Positions 10,300-19,408 of a DNA stretch of 64,000 nt are shown one piece after another. Every line of letters starts with the position of its first letter. Within the stretch, counting starts at the first letter, position 1. The stretch comes from an uncultured virus (IMG/VR IMGVR_UViG_3300042691_055981) (taxonomy: Duplodnaviria; Heunggongvirae; Uroviricota; Caudoviricetes): IMG/VR virus record IMGVR_UViG_3300042691_055981, one strand, 5' to 3'. A program made the position numbers and the translations under genes. The notes below the pieces were generated by a model. That model was not told where the DNA came from. It saw only the letters and a program-made list of their open reading frames with translations, and ran no database searches.

Positions 10300-11097
10300 T
10301 CACAATCTGTCTTTAAATTCTTCTCGAAATTCGTCAGATAGTGTTTGGTATTTAAAGATTAAAGACCAAATTACGCGATCTTGAAATTCTCTGATAAAGG
10401 CTTCAGATAGCTTCTGATCACTAGAAATGTAATCCCAATCCACACGATCTTTCATTTCTCGGATGAAATCTTCAGAGAGTTTTTGTCGCCAAGATATTTC
10501 CGGCCATTCCAAGCAATCTTTAAATTCCCTGATGAAATCTTCAGATAGTGTTTGGGAATTAGAGATAATTCCCCAGGTCACCCGATCTTTCATTTCTCGA
10601 ATAAAAGATTCAGACAGTTTTTGATCACTAGAAATATAACCCCAATTCAACCAATCTTGAAATTCTCTCATAAGGTCTTCAGACAGTGTTTTATTACAAG
10701 ACACGAAATGACAGTTTAATTCAGATTTAAATTCTTTGATAAATGATTTAGATAGCTTGTGGTTGCTCGAAATAGAATCCCAGCAAACACGATCTTGAAA
10801 TTCTCGGATAAAATCGTCAGATAGTGTTTGGAATAATGAAATATCCGACCAAAACATAAGATGTCTAAATTCCCGAATAAATTCTTCAGATAGTGTTTGG
10901 TGAATGGCGATCAAACGCCAATCCACACGATCTTTCATTTCTCTAATAAAGTCCTCAGATAGTGTTTGGCGAGATGAAATTCTATACCAATCAACATCAT
11001 CTTTATATTTCCTGATAAAATCTTCAGAAAGTGTTTCCTCGCTAAGCGTCGTCCAATTGACTCTTGTGTGTTTTTCGAATAATTCTTTTTCAGTCAT
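10300..11097 (-). CDS. 23-aa Trp-repeat protein, ~11 units
   Basis: Tandem repeats; own promoter element. Confidence 0.9.
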   Translation of the reverse strand: MTEKELFEKHTRVNWTTLSEETLSEDFIRKYKDDVDWYRISSRQTLSEDFIREMKDRVDWRLIAIHQTLSEEFIREFRHLMFWSDISLFQTLSDDFIREFQDRVCWDSISSNHKLSKSFIKEFKSELNCHFVSCNKTLSEDLMREFQDWLNWGYISSDQKLSESFIREMKDRVTWGIISNSQTLSEDFIREFKDCLEWPEISWRQKLSEDFIREMKDRVDWDYISSDQKLSEAFIREFQDRVIWSLIFKYQTLSDEFREEFKDRL

Positions 11098-11322
11098 ATA
11101 TCTATTATACCTTCAGATTGTGAAAGATGGAAAAATCGGGCGAGATTTAGTCATCTTTTGCCAGATTGGTGAATGCTTGGCGAAATTGATTCATTGTATG
11201 GTTTAACGCTTCCTCGAAAGACGGTGTGCTGACCGCCACCTCCTCTGATGATATGAGATGTTCGGCCTCATTGATTGCCAGGTCTGTTACTTCATCTGGT
11301 TTCATTTTTTTATAGGGCGAAA

Positions 11323-11988
11323 TTATGGCCTTAATCCCTTAGACAGTGCGTATTTGAAATGCTTATTAAGAGCAAGTTTTTGTTTAAATTCGTCTCGAAA
11401 TTCATCAGATAGTTCTCGGCATTCATCCACCACAGACCAATCAACCTGATCTTGAAATTCTCTGATAAAATCCTCAGATAATGTTTGATGTAGGGTAATA
11501 TCTCTCCATCTCACACGATCTTGAAATTCACGAATGAAATCTTCAGATAGTTTTTGACAGGATGAAATTACAGTCCAATCCACACGATCTTGAAATTCTC
11601 GAATGAAATCTTCAGATAGTGTTTGGTTGGTCGAAATAAAACCCCAATTAACATAGTCTTTCATTTCTTTAATAAAATCCTCAGATAGTTTTGTTTTTCG
11701 TGAAATCCAGTACCAGTCCACACAATCTTGAAATTCCCGAATAAAATCTTCAGATAGTGTTTGGTGATTTGAAAACATATCCCATTTCACACGATCTTTA
11801 AATTCTCTAATGAAATCTTCAGATAGTGTTTGGTTAGATGAGATCCAATACCAATCCACTTGATCTTTATACTCTCTAATAAAGTCCTCAGATAGTGTTT
11901 CTTCCCGGCAGATTGCCTCCCAATCAATTATTTCTGGAATAATTTGTTCTGGAATTGTGTGCTTTTTAATAATTTCTTGATGTGTCAT
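11323..11988 (-). CDS. 23-aa Trp-repeat protein, ~8 units
   Basis: Tandem repeats; keeps only the GGTATAAT-N6-ATG half of the promoter element. Confidence 0.9.
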   Translation of the reverse strand: MTHQEIIKKHTIPEQIIPEIIDWEAICREETLSEDFIREYKDQVDWYWISSNQTLSEDFIREFKDRVKWDMFSNHQTLSEDFIREFQDCVDWYWISRKTKLSEDFIKEMKDYVNWGFISTNQTLSEDFIREFQDRVDWTVISSCQKLSEDFIREFQDRVRWRDITLHQTLSEDFIREFQDQVDWSVVDECRELSDEFRDEFKQKLALNKHFKYALSKGLRP

Positions 11989-12011
11989 GTGTCTATTATA
12001 CCTTTTTACTA

Positions 12012-12281
12012 TTAATAGAGAGGAAGTTTTTCCAATGCTTCTACTGTCTCAATTACTTGTTGTAAATTGGTTGGCTCCGAGATTGGGAACCAATCCGATC
12101 TGATGTCCTTAAAGAGATAAAGAGTTATATCGTTGAACGATATAATCACCTTCAGTTTTTCTGAGATTTTCTTAAAGGCGTACCGACGATGTGGAAGTTG
12201 AAATTCAAATCCAGCTTCCGTAAAGAATTGGATAAATTCATCATGCGTTAGCTCTTGGAATGGTTTATCTTTCAGATTCAT
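12012..12281 (-). CDS. hypothetical protein, leaderless start
   Basis: ATG at the promoter element. Confidence 0.75.
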   Translation of the reverse strand: MNLKDKPFQELTHDEFIQFFTEAGFEFQLPHRRYAFKKISEKLKVIISFNDITLYLFKDIRSDWFPISEPTNLQQVIETVEALEKLPLY

Positions 12282-12511
12282 ATCCTCATTATACCTTCAG
12301 ATTGTGAGAGATGGAAAAAACGGGCGAGATTAAAGAGTGATAGTGTGATAGAATGTTGGTGCATTCTTTTGTGCATTTTCGATTTGTCGCCAATGAGATT
12401 CGCTCGTAGTGAGATTGTGTTGGCAGGAATGGTTAGCATCTAAATCAATTCCACAACAAGGACAGGGCTCTCCCAGGCCAGCTTCGTGTTCGGTTTCTAA
12501 TTGAAAATAAA

Positions 12512-12856
12512 TCATGCTTTCTTTGTTTTCTTCTTGGTTTTGTTAATCACCATTTTCTTATTCACTTTGGGTTTGCTCAATTTCTCAAGAACTTTCTCTT
12601 TAAGATCGGGGTTGATTTTCACATAGGCTTTTGCAAACTTACATTCATTATATCCATGCTCATTGTATGACCAGCTTTGTGAAATTTCAAGAATCTTCTT
12701 GAATGGTTTATTCGCCACTTGATTAGCTAGTTTGAGCAATTCTTGAGCGATCTGCGATTCTTCATCTTTGACACAGCATCCTTCTAGGAACTTTTCAGAT
12801 CGTGTGTCGAAGAAACACATATACCCTTCTTCATTTTGTTTAAAAATAATTTTCAT
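12512..12856 (-). CDS. hypothetical protein with Lys-rich tail, paralog of 27358..27894
   Basis: Shared N..G..C.FDTRS..FL.G.CV motif. Confidence 0.7.
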   Translation of the reverse strand: MKIIFKQNEEGYMCFFDTRSEKFLEGCCVKDEESQIAQELLKLANQVANKPFKKILEISQSWSYNEHGYNECKFAKAYVKINPDLKEKVLEKLSKPKVNKKMVINKTKKKTKKA

Positions 12857-13054
12857 TCTAGCTCTCCAACTATATACTGTTTCCCATCAATAATAATTTT
12901 GAATTCTTCTTTAGATTTCATTTTTTTTCGAAATTCTTGTCTGAGTTCATTTGATTCTCTAAGAGCCGCTAAAAACCTTGATCCTTTGATTTTCTTTTTA
13001 AACATTCAGATTGTGTCTCCCGTTGTGTAACAACTGTTCACGGTTGCAAGGGTT

Positions 13055-13231
13055 CTAAAAACCTTGGCCAATGTAATCAGAATCTTGTGTTAAGATCTCT
13101 CTTTGCAAGATCACTTCTGTATCATATCCAACAATACTCCATCCTTCTTTTCCAAGCTTGTTGAGCTTTTGCTCGAATGTGTCGCGGAAATAATCGTTTC
13201 TATTTATCACTTGAAATTCATACTTTGTCAT
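13055..13231 (-). CDS. small DUF4177-like protein (58 aa, not in ORF track)
   Basis: Manual translation MTKYEFQV...EQKLNKLGKEGWSIVG...ILQRE; ATG at the promoter element. Confidence 0.7.
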   Translation of the reverse strand: MTKYEFQVINRNDYFRDTFEQKLNKLGKEGWSIVGYDTEVILQREILTQDSDYIGQGF

Positions 13232-13280
13232 ATCTTCATTATACCTTCAGATTGTGAAAGATGGAAAAACTCGGGCGGAA

Positions 13281-13418
13281 TTATTTATTTTCCTCGGTAT
13301 AGGGCTTCCCAAGGCCGTTTAATATTACGGTTTTAATCGGAGTGATGTGTTTTTGGGAAGGAATCCAGTTTCCGCGATGAATTTGTCGAATAAGGTGCTT
13401 GATGGTGTTAATATTCAT
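13281..13418 (-). CDS. 45-aa hypothetical protein (not in ORF track)
   Basis: Manual translation MNINTIKHLIRQIHRG...TEENK; fills the space between two promoter elements. Confidence 0.6.
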   Translation of the reverse strand: MNINTIKHLIRQIHRGNWIPSQKHITPIKTVILNGLGKPYTEENK

Positions 13419-13464
13419 ATATTCATTATACCTTCAGATTGTGAGAGATGGAAAAAAGATTGTG

Positions 13465-13487
13465 TAGTGGGCTCTGCAGGAATTGAA
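13465..13487 (-). pseudogene. 3' remnant of a tRNA gene
   Basis: TTCAATT-CCTGC-AGAGCCC-A-CTA equals T-loop, T-stem 3' side and acceptor 3' side; 5' half absent. Confidence 0.45.
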
Positions 13488-13511
13488 ATTTATCATTTCG
13501 AAAACATACTT

Positions 13512-14245
13512 ATGGTTGTGCATGAATACAGTATAGACACTATTAAAGAAATATTAAAAAATTATAAAACAAAAGATCAACTTAGTTTTAAATGTTTTAT
13601 TTGTTCTGAAATTTTTCAAAGAACAAAAAATAGGCTGACACAAGATGTTTCTAAAAAACAAGATTTCATCGTGTGTAGCAGGGAATGCCAATATAAAACT
13701 AAAACATTTTTTTCAGAACAAATAGATGTAAAATGTTCGAATTGTGGATTGTGTTTTACAAAAAAACCATCAGCATACAAAAAAGCCGGAATCATTTTTG
13801 CTCACAATCATGCTCTGCCACTTATAACAATAAAAATAAAACTCACGGAAGCAGAAGATCAAAACTCGAAATTCATTTAGAGGAGCAGATTAGGATAAAC
13901 TATCCTGAATTAAAAATGCTTTGCAATCAGAAAGATGTAATTAATTCTGAATTAGATTTTTACTTTCCTGAGTTGAAATTAGCTGTAGAATTGAATGGTA
14001 TTTTTCATTATGAGCCAATTTATGGTGAAGAAAAACTTTCACAGATCCAGAATAATGATACCAGAAAATTCCAGGCTTGTCTGGAAAGAGGCATAGAGCT
14101 TTGCATTGTTGATTCATCAAAATGTAAATATTTAAAACAATCTGCAAAAGATGAGTTTTATAATATTTTTAAGAGCTTACTAGATTTAAAGTTGGTGCCA
14201 GCAGAGGGAATCGAACCCACAAAGTCTCTCGACGTACCCTTATGA
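13512..14245 (+). pseudogene. frameshifted homing-type endonuclease (Cys-rich Zn repeats plus Vsr/DUF559-like nuclease domain)
   Basis: CxxC...CSxxC repeats and ELDFYFPELKLAVELNGIFHY; two overlapping ORFs join if one A is added to the A6 run at 13779-13784. Confidence 0.75.
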
Positions 14246-14278
14246 GGGGTGACCATTTTCCATTCTGGACATACTGGC
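14193..14278 (-). tRNA. tRNA with CAU anticodon and long variable arm (86 nt, encoded CCA)
   Basis: Acceptor GCCAGTA/TGCTGGC, loop CTCATAA, V-arm GTC-GAGA-GAC, T-loop TTCGATT. Confidence 0.85.
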
Positions 14279-14304
14279 ATTACGATATTTAGTTGTCAAA
14301 TTTT

Positions 14305-14378
14305 TGGTTCCCCGCCAGAATGCCGACATCTGCTCTGAAGGTTAAAAGCCTACTGCATCGCTCCAATGCTTACGGGGA
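14305..14378 (-). tRNA. tRNA-Lys(UUU), non-canonical (74 nt, encoded CCA)
   Basis: Acceptor TCCCCGT/GCGGGGA, D-stem GCAT/ATGC, loop CTTTTAA; T-loop GTCGGCA and A8 are atypical. Confidence 0.7.
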
Positions 14379-14392
14379 ATACCTTTTTATCT

Positions 14393-14421
14393 ATTATACT
14401 CTACGTTTGTGAGAGATGGAA
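14393..14421 (-). promoter_or_regulatory. degenerate promoter element upstream of the tRNA pair
   Basis: TTCCAT-N17-TATAAT with no following ATG. Confidence 0.65.
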
Positions 14422-14434
14422 ATTCCGAGCAAAA

Positions 14435-14983
14435 TCACAATCTGTCTTTAAATTCCTCTCGAAATTCATCAGATAGTGTTTGGTATTCTCTGATAATCCC
14501 CCATTCCACCCGATCTTTCATTTCTCGGATGAATGGTTCAGATAGTGTTTGATATTTGGATATTAAAAACCATCTCAGGTGATCTTGAAATTCTTTGATA
14601 AAAGGCTCAGATAGTTTTTGTGTAGATGCAATTCCTAACCAACTAACACGATCTTGAAATTCTCTGATGAAGTCTTCAGATAGTATTTGATTGCACGAGA
14701 TGGCATTCCAGTTCTCACCATCTAAAGTGTTCCAGTTCTCACTTATAAGTTCTCTAATCAAAGATACAGATAGCTTTTGGCATCTTAGAATCCAAGGCAA
14801 AGCCATTTTGTTATGCTTGAATTCTCTGATTAAATCTTCAGATAGTGTTTGGTTTTTAGATAAAAGAGCCCAGTTAAAATTATCTTTATATTCTCGAATG
14901 AAATCTTCAGGAAGGTTTTTTATGTAAGATATACCATCCCAGTCAATGGTGGAATATTGTTCGATAATTTCTTCGTTTGTCAT
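14435..14983 (-). CDS. 23-aa Trp-repeat protein, ~7 units
   Basis: Tandem repeats; own promoter element. Confidence 0.9.
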   Translation of the reverse strand: MTNEEIIEQYSTIDWDGISYIKNLPEDFIREYKDNFNWALLSKNQTLSEDLIREFKHNKMALPWILRCQKLSVSLIRELISENWNTLDGENWNAISCNQILSEDFIREFQDRVSWLGIASTQKLSEPFIKEFQDHLRWFLISKYQTLSEPFIREMKDRVEWGIIREYQTLSDEFREEFKDRL

Positions 14984-15031
14984 ATTTTCATTATACCTTC
15001 AGATTGTGAGAGATGGAAAAAGCGGGCGAAA

Positions 15032-15364
15032 TTATTGATTTGGCTCAATTTTGCCAGAGTTGCTTTCGCCAGTTTTATTCAGGTCTTCTACCCCAAACCA
15101 CATATCTTCAAGCAACATCTTTTCGATTCTTTGCTTTTCTTTTTCCTCATTTTGCTTTCTTAATTCTCTTTCTTTTTCTTGATCCCGACGAAGCCATTCC
15201 AGCTCTTCATCTGTTGCTTCTCTGTAACCATGAACAGAGATGTCAAAATCATATCCAAGTGAAAAAGATTCAAATGTTGATGTGGAAAGTTTTTCCACTA
15301 GATCTTGTAGATCTTTTAGTGTCAATTCGTTTTCTATTGTGAAAAGAAATTCTGATATCTTCAT
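15032..15364 (-). CDS. hypothetical coiled-coil protein, leaderless start
   Basis: ATG at the promoter element. Confidence 0.75.
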   Translation of the reverse strand: MKISEFLFTIENELTLKDLQDLVEKLSTSTFESFSLGYDFDISVHGYREATDEELEWLRRDQEKERELRKQNEEKEKQRIEKMLLEDMWFGVEDLNKTGESNSGKIEPNQ

Positions 15365-15424
15365 ATTTTCATTATACCTTCAGATTGTGAGAGATGGAAA
15401 AGCGGGCCAAATCACAATCTGTCT

Positions 15425-15931
15425 TTAGATTTGCACACCTGTAATCCAGCTGAATTCTTGATTTACACAATCTGACACAGACGAATACTCAGTCTCTGAT
15501 ATTCCTTTGTCTGATGATCTGATAGCAGTAAAAGCGGTGTCAGTCACATACAATGTGAGTTTGTCATCTCCATTCCACCATTCAAACACAATGTGTCCAT
15601 CTGGGCTATTTAAAGGATGTGTAGGTTGATCCTTTATGTGTTTAACTATTTCATCAGCTAAATCTTTAGCTTTCATAATAGTCTTTGGCGAGGGGTAATT
15701 CCATCCTTCGTATTTGATCCATTCATATTTAGAAACGCGGTCAATTTCCTTGTGTAATGCATCTATCTTCACTTCTTCCATATACGCGGTCTTGAATTCT
15801 TCATCACCCGAAGCGAGATGTTCTTTTATTTTTTTGCCAATCCAGGTATCACTCATACAAACACAATCTATCCACTCCGAGCCACAATCTCTGCAATAAT
15901 TGAATACATCAAAAGTATCATCACTCCCCAT
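15425..15931 (-). CDS. hypothetical protein (GW..Y...P...DG.I.FEW motif)
   Basis: Start reassigned to MGSDDTF, overlapping the upstream gene's end. Confidence 0.65.
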   Translation of the reverse strand: MGSDDTFDVFNYCRDCGSEWIDCVCMSDTWIGKKIKEHLASGDEEFKTAYMEEVKIDALHKEIDRVSKYEWIKYEGWNYPSPKTIMKAKDLADEIVKHIKDQPTHPLNSPDGHIVFEWWNGDDKLTLYVTDTAFTAIRSSDKGISETEYSSVSDCVNQEFSWITGVQI

Positions 15932-16655
15932 CTTCGATATCCTCTTTGATGCAATCATATGGATTAAATCCTGTGATATTAATGTGTGGTGGAGCGTATT
16001 TTTGTTCCTTATCAAGATCGTTAAGATCAAGCTCGAAAATATCAGCAAGAGATTCTAATTGAGCATCAGTTAATTCCTTGATCTTAAAATCTTCGGAGCA
16101 TGAAAACTCACCCTCAACTTCAGAATGTTTTCCTAGAACTCCTGAATTGTGCCACTCTTTATCTTTAATTGATTCCCATACAGATTCTCGCATAAGAGCT
16201 TCTCCAGATAGTGTACCAATAGAGAAAGACACACGGAAACTAATTAGTAGAGTTTTTTTTATGTTTTTGAAAAATTCATTTTCGATATATTTTTTCAGTT
16301 CATCTTCTGAGTTGAATCCTGGCAAATCGCCAAAAGTATTTTTAAGAATCCAGATTGTACCATGATCTGCCACGCCGTATGCAAACCTAGATTTGTAGAG
16401 CCATTTCTGGTATTCCACTTCATCGTCTGTGGCTAGTTGACGATACACAAGTGTGTTGCCTTCAGTGAATACGAATGTATATTCTTGCTTAGTTTTATTT
16501 TTCATAAATTTATCTTTATCTTTGATTTCCAATCTGGTCTCTCTGCCATTCTTGAGATACCCTGCCGTAAAAGGAGGTGTCCAGGGTTGATATCCACCTT
16601 CTTTAATTGGAGTGTTATTAGAGAATAGCTTTTTGAGCCATTTGAATATAATCAT
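15921..16655 (-). CDS. hypothetical protein, leaderless start
   Basis: 244 aa; ATG at the promoter element. Confidence 0.75.
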   Translation of the reverse strand: MIIFKWLKKLFSNNTPIKEGGYQPWTPPFTAGYLKNGRETRLEIKDKDKFMKNKTKQEYTFVFTEGNTLVYRQLATDDEVEYQKWLYKSRFAYGVADHGTIWILKNTFGDLPGFNSEDELKKYIENEFFKNIKKTLLISFRVSFSIGTLSGEALMRESVWESIKDKEWHNSGVLGKHSEVEGEFSCSEDFKIKELTDAQLESLADIFELDLNDLDKEQKYAPPHINITGFNPYDCIKEDIEDGE

Positions 16656-16704
16656 ATCTTTATTATACCTTCAGATTGTGAGAGATGGAAAATATCGGGC
16701 GAAA

Positions 16705-16944
16705 TTATTGATTTGGCTCGGAAATCCGATTTTTCATTGAAATGGAAACGTAGCCCAGTGATGGATGTTTAATTTTGATCCAATTTTGCTTAATCCTAAT
16801 AATTTTGCACAAAGCAGATCGGTACAAGATATGGCCACCAGGCATTTCATACCATTGGTGATCCATCCTTAAAAAAACAAGCTGTCCTCGGATTGCTCTA
16901 AAGCAACTTTTTCTTCTCATTGAGTCATTTTGAATCATTCTCAT
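16705..16944 (-). CDS. hypothetical basic protein
   Basis: Part of ORF 16705..17037 downstream of tRNA-Leu. Confidence 0.45.
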   Translation of the reverse strand: MRMIQNDSMRRKSCFRAIRGQLVFLRMDHQWYEMPGGHILYRSALCKIIRIKQNWIKIKHPSLGYVSISMKNRISEPNQ

Positions 16945-16959
16945 GGTATTTCTTGTTTT

Positions 16960-17035
16960 TGGTAGCTCTGGTCGGAGTCGAACCGACAAACTTAGATTTT
17001 TAAGACCTTTGACTTTTCCGTTTGTCCACAGAGCC
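16960..17035 (-). tRNA. tRNA-Leu(UAA) with short variable loop (76 nt, encoded CCA)
   Basis: Acceptor GGCTCTG/CAGAGCT, loop CTTAAAA, T-arm GTCGG-TTCGACT-CCGAC, discriminator A. Confidence 0.85.
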
Positions 17036-17057
17036 ACACACTATCTTATACGGTCTT

Positions 17058-17444
17058 TCAGAAAGAATAATCGTAGTATTCCATTCTTTTTCCGATGATT
17101 AATCCGCACGAATTATCCTTACAAAATCTGGACGTTTCTGGATTCACATACACTCGTTCCCATTTTTGATTCTTCTCATTAAATCTAAAAATATTTTTCT
17201 CCCCCTTAGGGTTTGGTGTATAGCTATAGCTTTGACACTCGCTCATTCCATTGCCGTCTGTTCTTTTGGCATGATCTTCTTGCACTTCAATATATAGCTT
17301 TTTGTTTCTCCTTTCCACTTTAATAATCGTTCCTGCATGACGATCACTGTACATGAGGATTGTGGCCCCCATGCCCACTTCTGGTTCTGGTTGCCCTAGG
17401 GTTGATCGTGAGTAAATATCGTTGTGAAAACTACCGTATCTCAT
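17058..17444 (-). CDS. conserved phage hypothetical protein (PEVGMGAT...SDR)
   Basis: ATG at the promoter element. Confidence 0.75.
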   Translation of the reverse strand: MRYGSFHNDIYSRSTLGQPEPEVGMGATILMYSDRHAGTIIKVERRNKKLYIEVQEDHAKRTDGNGMSECQSYSYTPNPKGEKNIFRFNEKNQKWERVYVNPETSRFCKDNSCGLIIGKRMEYYDYSF

Positions 17445-17481
17445 ATATTCATTATACCTTCAGATTGTGAGAGATGGAAAA

Positions 17482-17883
17482 TCAAAAACATCTTTGGTTC
17501 CATAGCTCAATTGCATCTTGTTTGTCTTTTGCAAGCCCTGACCGACCACCACAATCATTGCATTGCACGGAATAATAAATCACATCCCTTGACATCTCTG
17601 AAACAGAGATGTCAACTTTATCACTATCACAGAATGGACACGAATTTAGTTTTTCACCTGAGATTAAGCAAAGTGGTTGAATACCAAGAAAATCAAGATT
17701 GATAACCCATACTTCATCTTGACTTCCGTTTGGGTAGTTAATATCCAGTGTGTCATGTTCAGGGCCATCAGGATCTCTGAACATAGAGGCGGAAGCTATT
17801 CCTCCAGAGGCTTTAACATGGGTTATTTTGCTGAGTTGGTCAAGCGACAAAACCTTGTATTTAATTCCTTCGACTTCAATCAT
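17482..17883 (-). CDS. family-B domain fused to a Lar-like zinc ribbon
   Basis: N-term YKVL...ITHVK; C-term CPFC...CNDCG...AIELWNQR. Confidence 0.75.
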   Translation of the reverse strand: MIEVEGIKYKVLSLDQLSKITHVKASGGIASASMFRDPDGPEHDTLDINYPNGSQDEVWVINLDFLGIQPLCLISGEKLNSCPFCDSDKVDISVSEMSRDVIYYSVQCNDCGGRSGLAKDKQDAIELWNQRCF

Positions 17884-18129
17884 ATATTCATTATACCTTC
17901 AGATTGTGAGAGATGGAAAAAACTTAATAGTTCGTCCGCATCTGTGCCTAAGAATTCAGCAAGTTCTTTTTCCGCGTTTATTCTCTCAATTGATTTACAA
18001 TCTGATACTGGAACTTTTACTCTAACATCAGATTGTGTGTCGTCTTCGACATAATTGCGGTAATTTTTCTTACAACCATAATCAGACTGTGTAACAGGGC
18101 GGTCAGACGCTCCAAAAGTCATTTATCGG

Positions 18130-19260
18130 TTAAACATCCTCTCGAAACGCAAGGCCCACTGGGAATCTAGGGATTGAATCTTCAGTTCTGTCGAAATACT
18201 TCACTGTGTATTTTCTTCCAATATAATCTGATTTATTGTCATAGATTTCTTTTCGCGTTTCCATAGTAGCTTTTGGTGCTACCTTGAATGTGGCGTCTGT
18301 CAGGTCATTCTGGCAGATAACAACAGCGTGTCCCTCCATCTTACCCTCACCTTCGATAATATCCACAACAAGGAATTCAGAATCTTGGAAGATCTTCACT
18401 TTAAGTAGATCGTTAGATCGGTAGCCCCAGAGATATTTTGAATTAGGTTCTCGTAGCATCAAGCCTTCATAGCCTTCCGATAGAAATTGTTTCAGATAAA
18501 ATTCAACATCATCACACCAATAAGTGCCCACTTCCACAATAGAAACATTGTCGTCGGTTTCAGGTTCCCAATCCAGCACCTCTTCGCTTGTCATTTTTGA
18601 AAAATACTTCTCATAATAATCCCCAAAAACTTTGTCGATTGAAGCATGACGATCCTTGAAAGGTAAATCATCATCACCATCTACAACAGGCATATCATAA
18701 ACCCAATACTTAATCTTATCACTTCTATCTTGTGGCTTCTTTACCAAAGAGATAATTGATTGTAGTGGCATGCCATGAATATAAAGTTCTCCATCGAAAA
18801 CATCATCTTTGCCCATGAATGTGGAAAGCTCATCTGAAATATGCTTCACATCATAAACTTTACCTTGTCTGGAATACAAGACAACAGAATCTCCTTCCCA
18901 CCTGGCAATACAACGTACACCATCTAGCTTAGGCTGACCTAAATAACATCCTTTGTGCTTCTTTGCATCGTATTTTCCAGCAAGCATAGGTAAGAGGAGC
19001 GGCATTTGTGCCTCTTCGGGGGATGCAGAATACTTTCTCTCAAGCTTAAAAGTATAGAGTGCCTGAACTTCCGCGAGAGCTTGCTCCTCTGGAGTAGTGG
19101 CATTTTTCTTGCCAACATTCTTGGGTGTGCATTTCTTTCTGGATGTTTGGAGAGCACCATCTACAACACCATATTCGGTGCAGATTGTGTCTCCTTCTGC
19201 CCAGGTTCTCCATTGTCTCAGTTCTCCGTTCTTTCCTTTATGATAAAGTGTGTTTAGCAT
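18130..19260 (-). CDS. lig: ATP-dependent DNA ligase
   Basis: Motif I KLDGVR, FDGELY, YDMP, EGLMLR, LLKVK and C-terminal OB PRFP; WGR-like N-terminus. Confidence 0.92.
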   Translation of the reverse strand: MLNTLYHKGKNGELRQWRTWAEGDTICTEYGVVDGALQTSRKKCTPKNVGKKNATTPEEQALAEVQALYTFKLERKYSASPEEAQMPLLLPMLAGKYDAKKHKGCYLGQPKLDGVRCIARWEGDSVVLYSRQGKVYDVKHISDELSTFMGKDDVFDGELYIHGMPLQSIISLVKKPQDRSDKIKYWVYDMPVVDGDDDLPFKDRHASIDKVFGDYYEKYFSKMTSEEVLDWEPETDDNVSIVEVGTYWCDDVEFYLKQFLSEGYEGLMLREPNSKYLWGYRSNDLLKVKIFQDSEFLVVDIIEGEGKMEGHAVVICQNDLTDATFKVAPKATMETRKEIYDNKSDYIGRKYTVKYFDRTEDSIPRFPVGLAFREDV

Positions 19261-19408
19261 ATCTTCATTATACCTTCAGATTGTGAGAGATGGAAAAAAT
19301 TCTCTACCTAATTTATCAAAGATCCATATTTAGGGCGAGTCAGCCTCGTCTTCCTGCCCTTCCTGTTGTTTCTCCTTTTAGGATTGTCATAGCTCTAATG
19401 AGCGATTG

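Noticed and set aside
16945..17037. N-terminal extension of ORF 16705..17037
   Set aside because: It overlaps tRNA-Leu; a downstream start is more plausible
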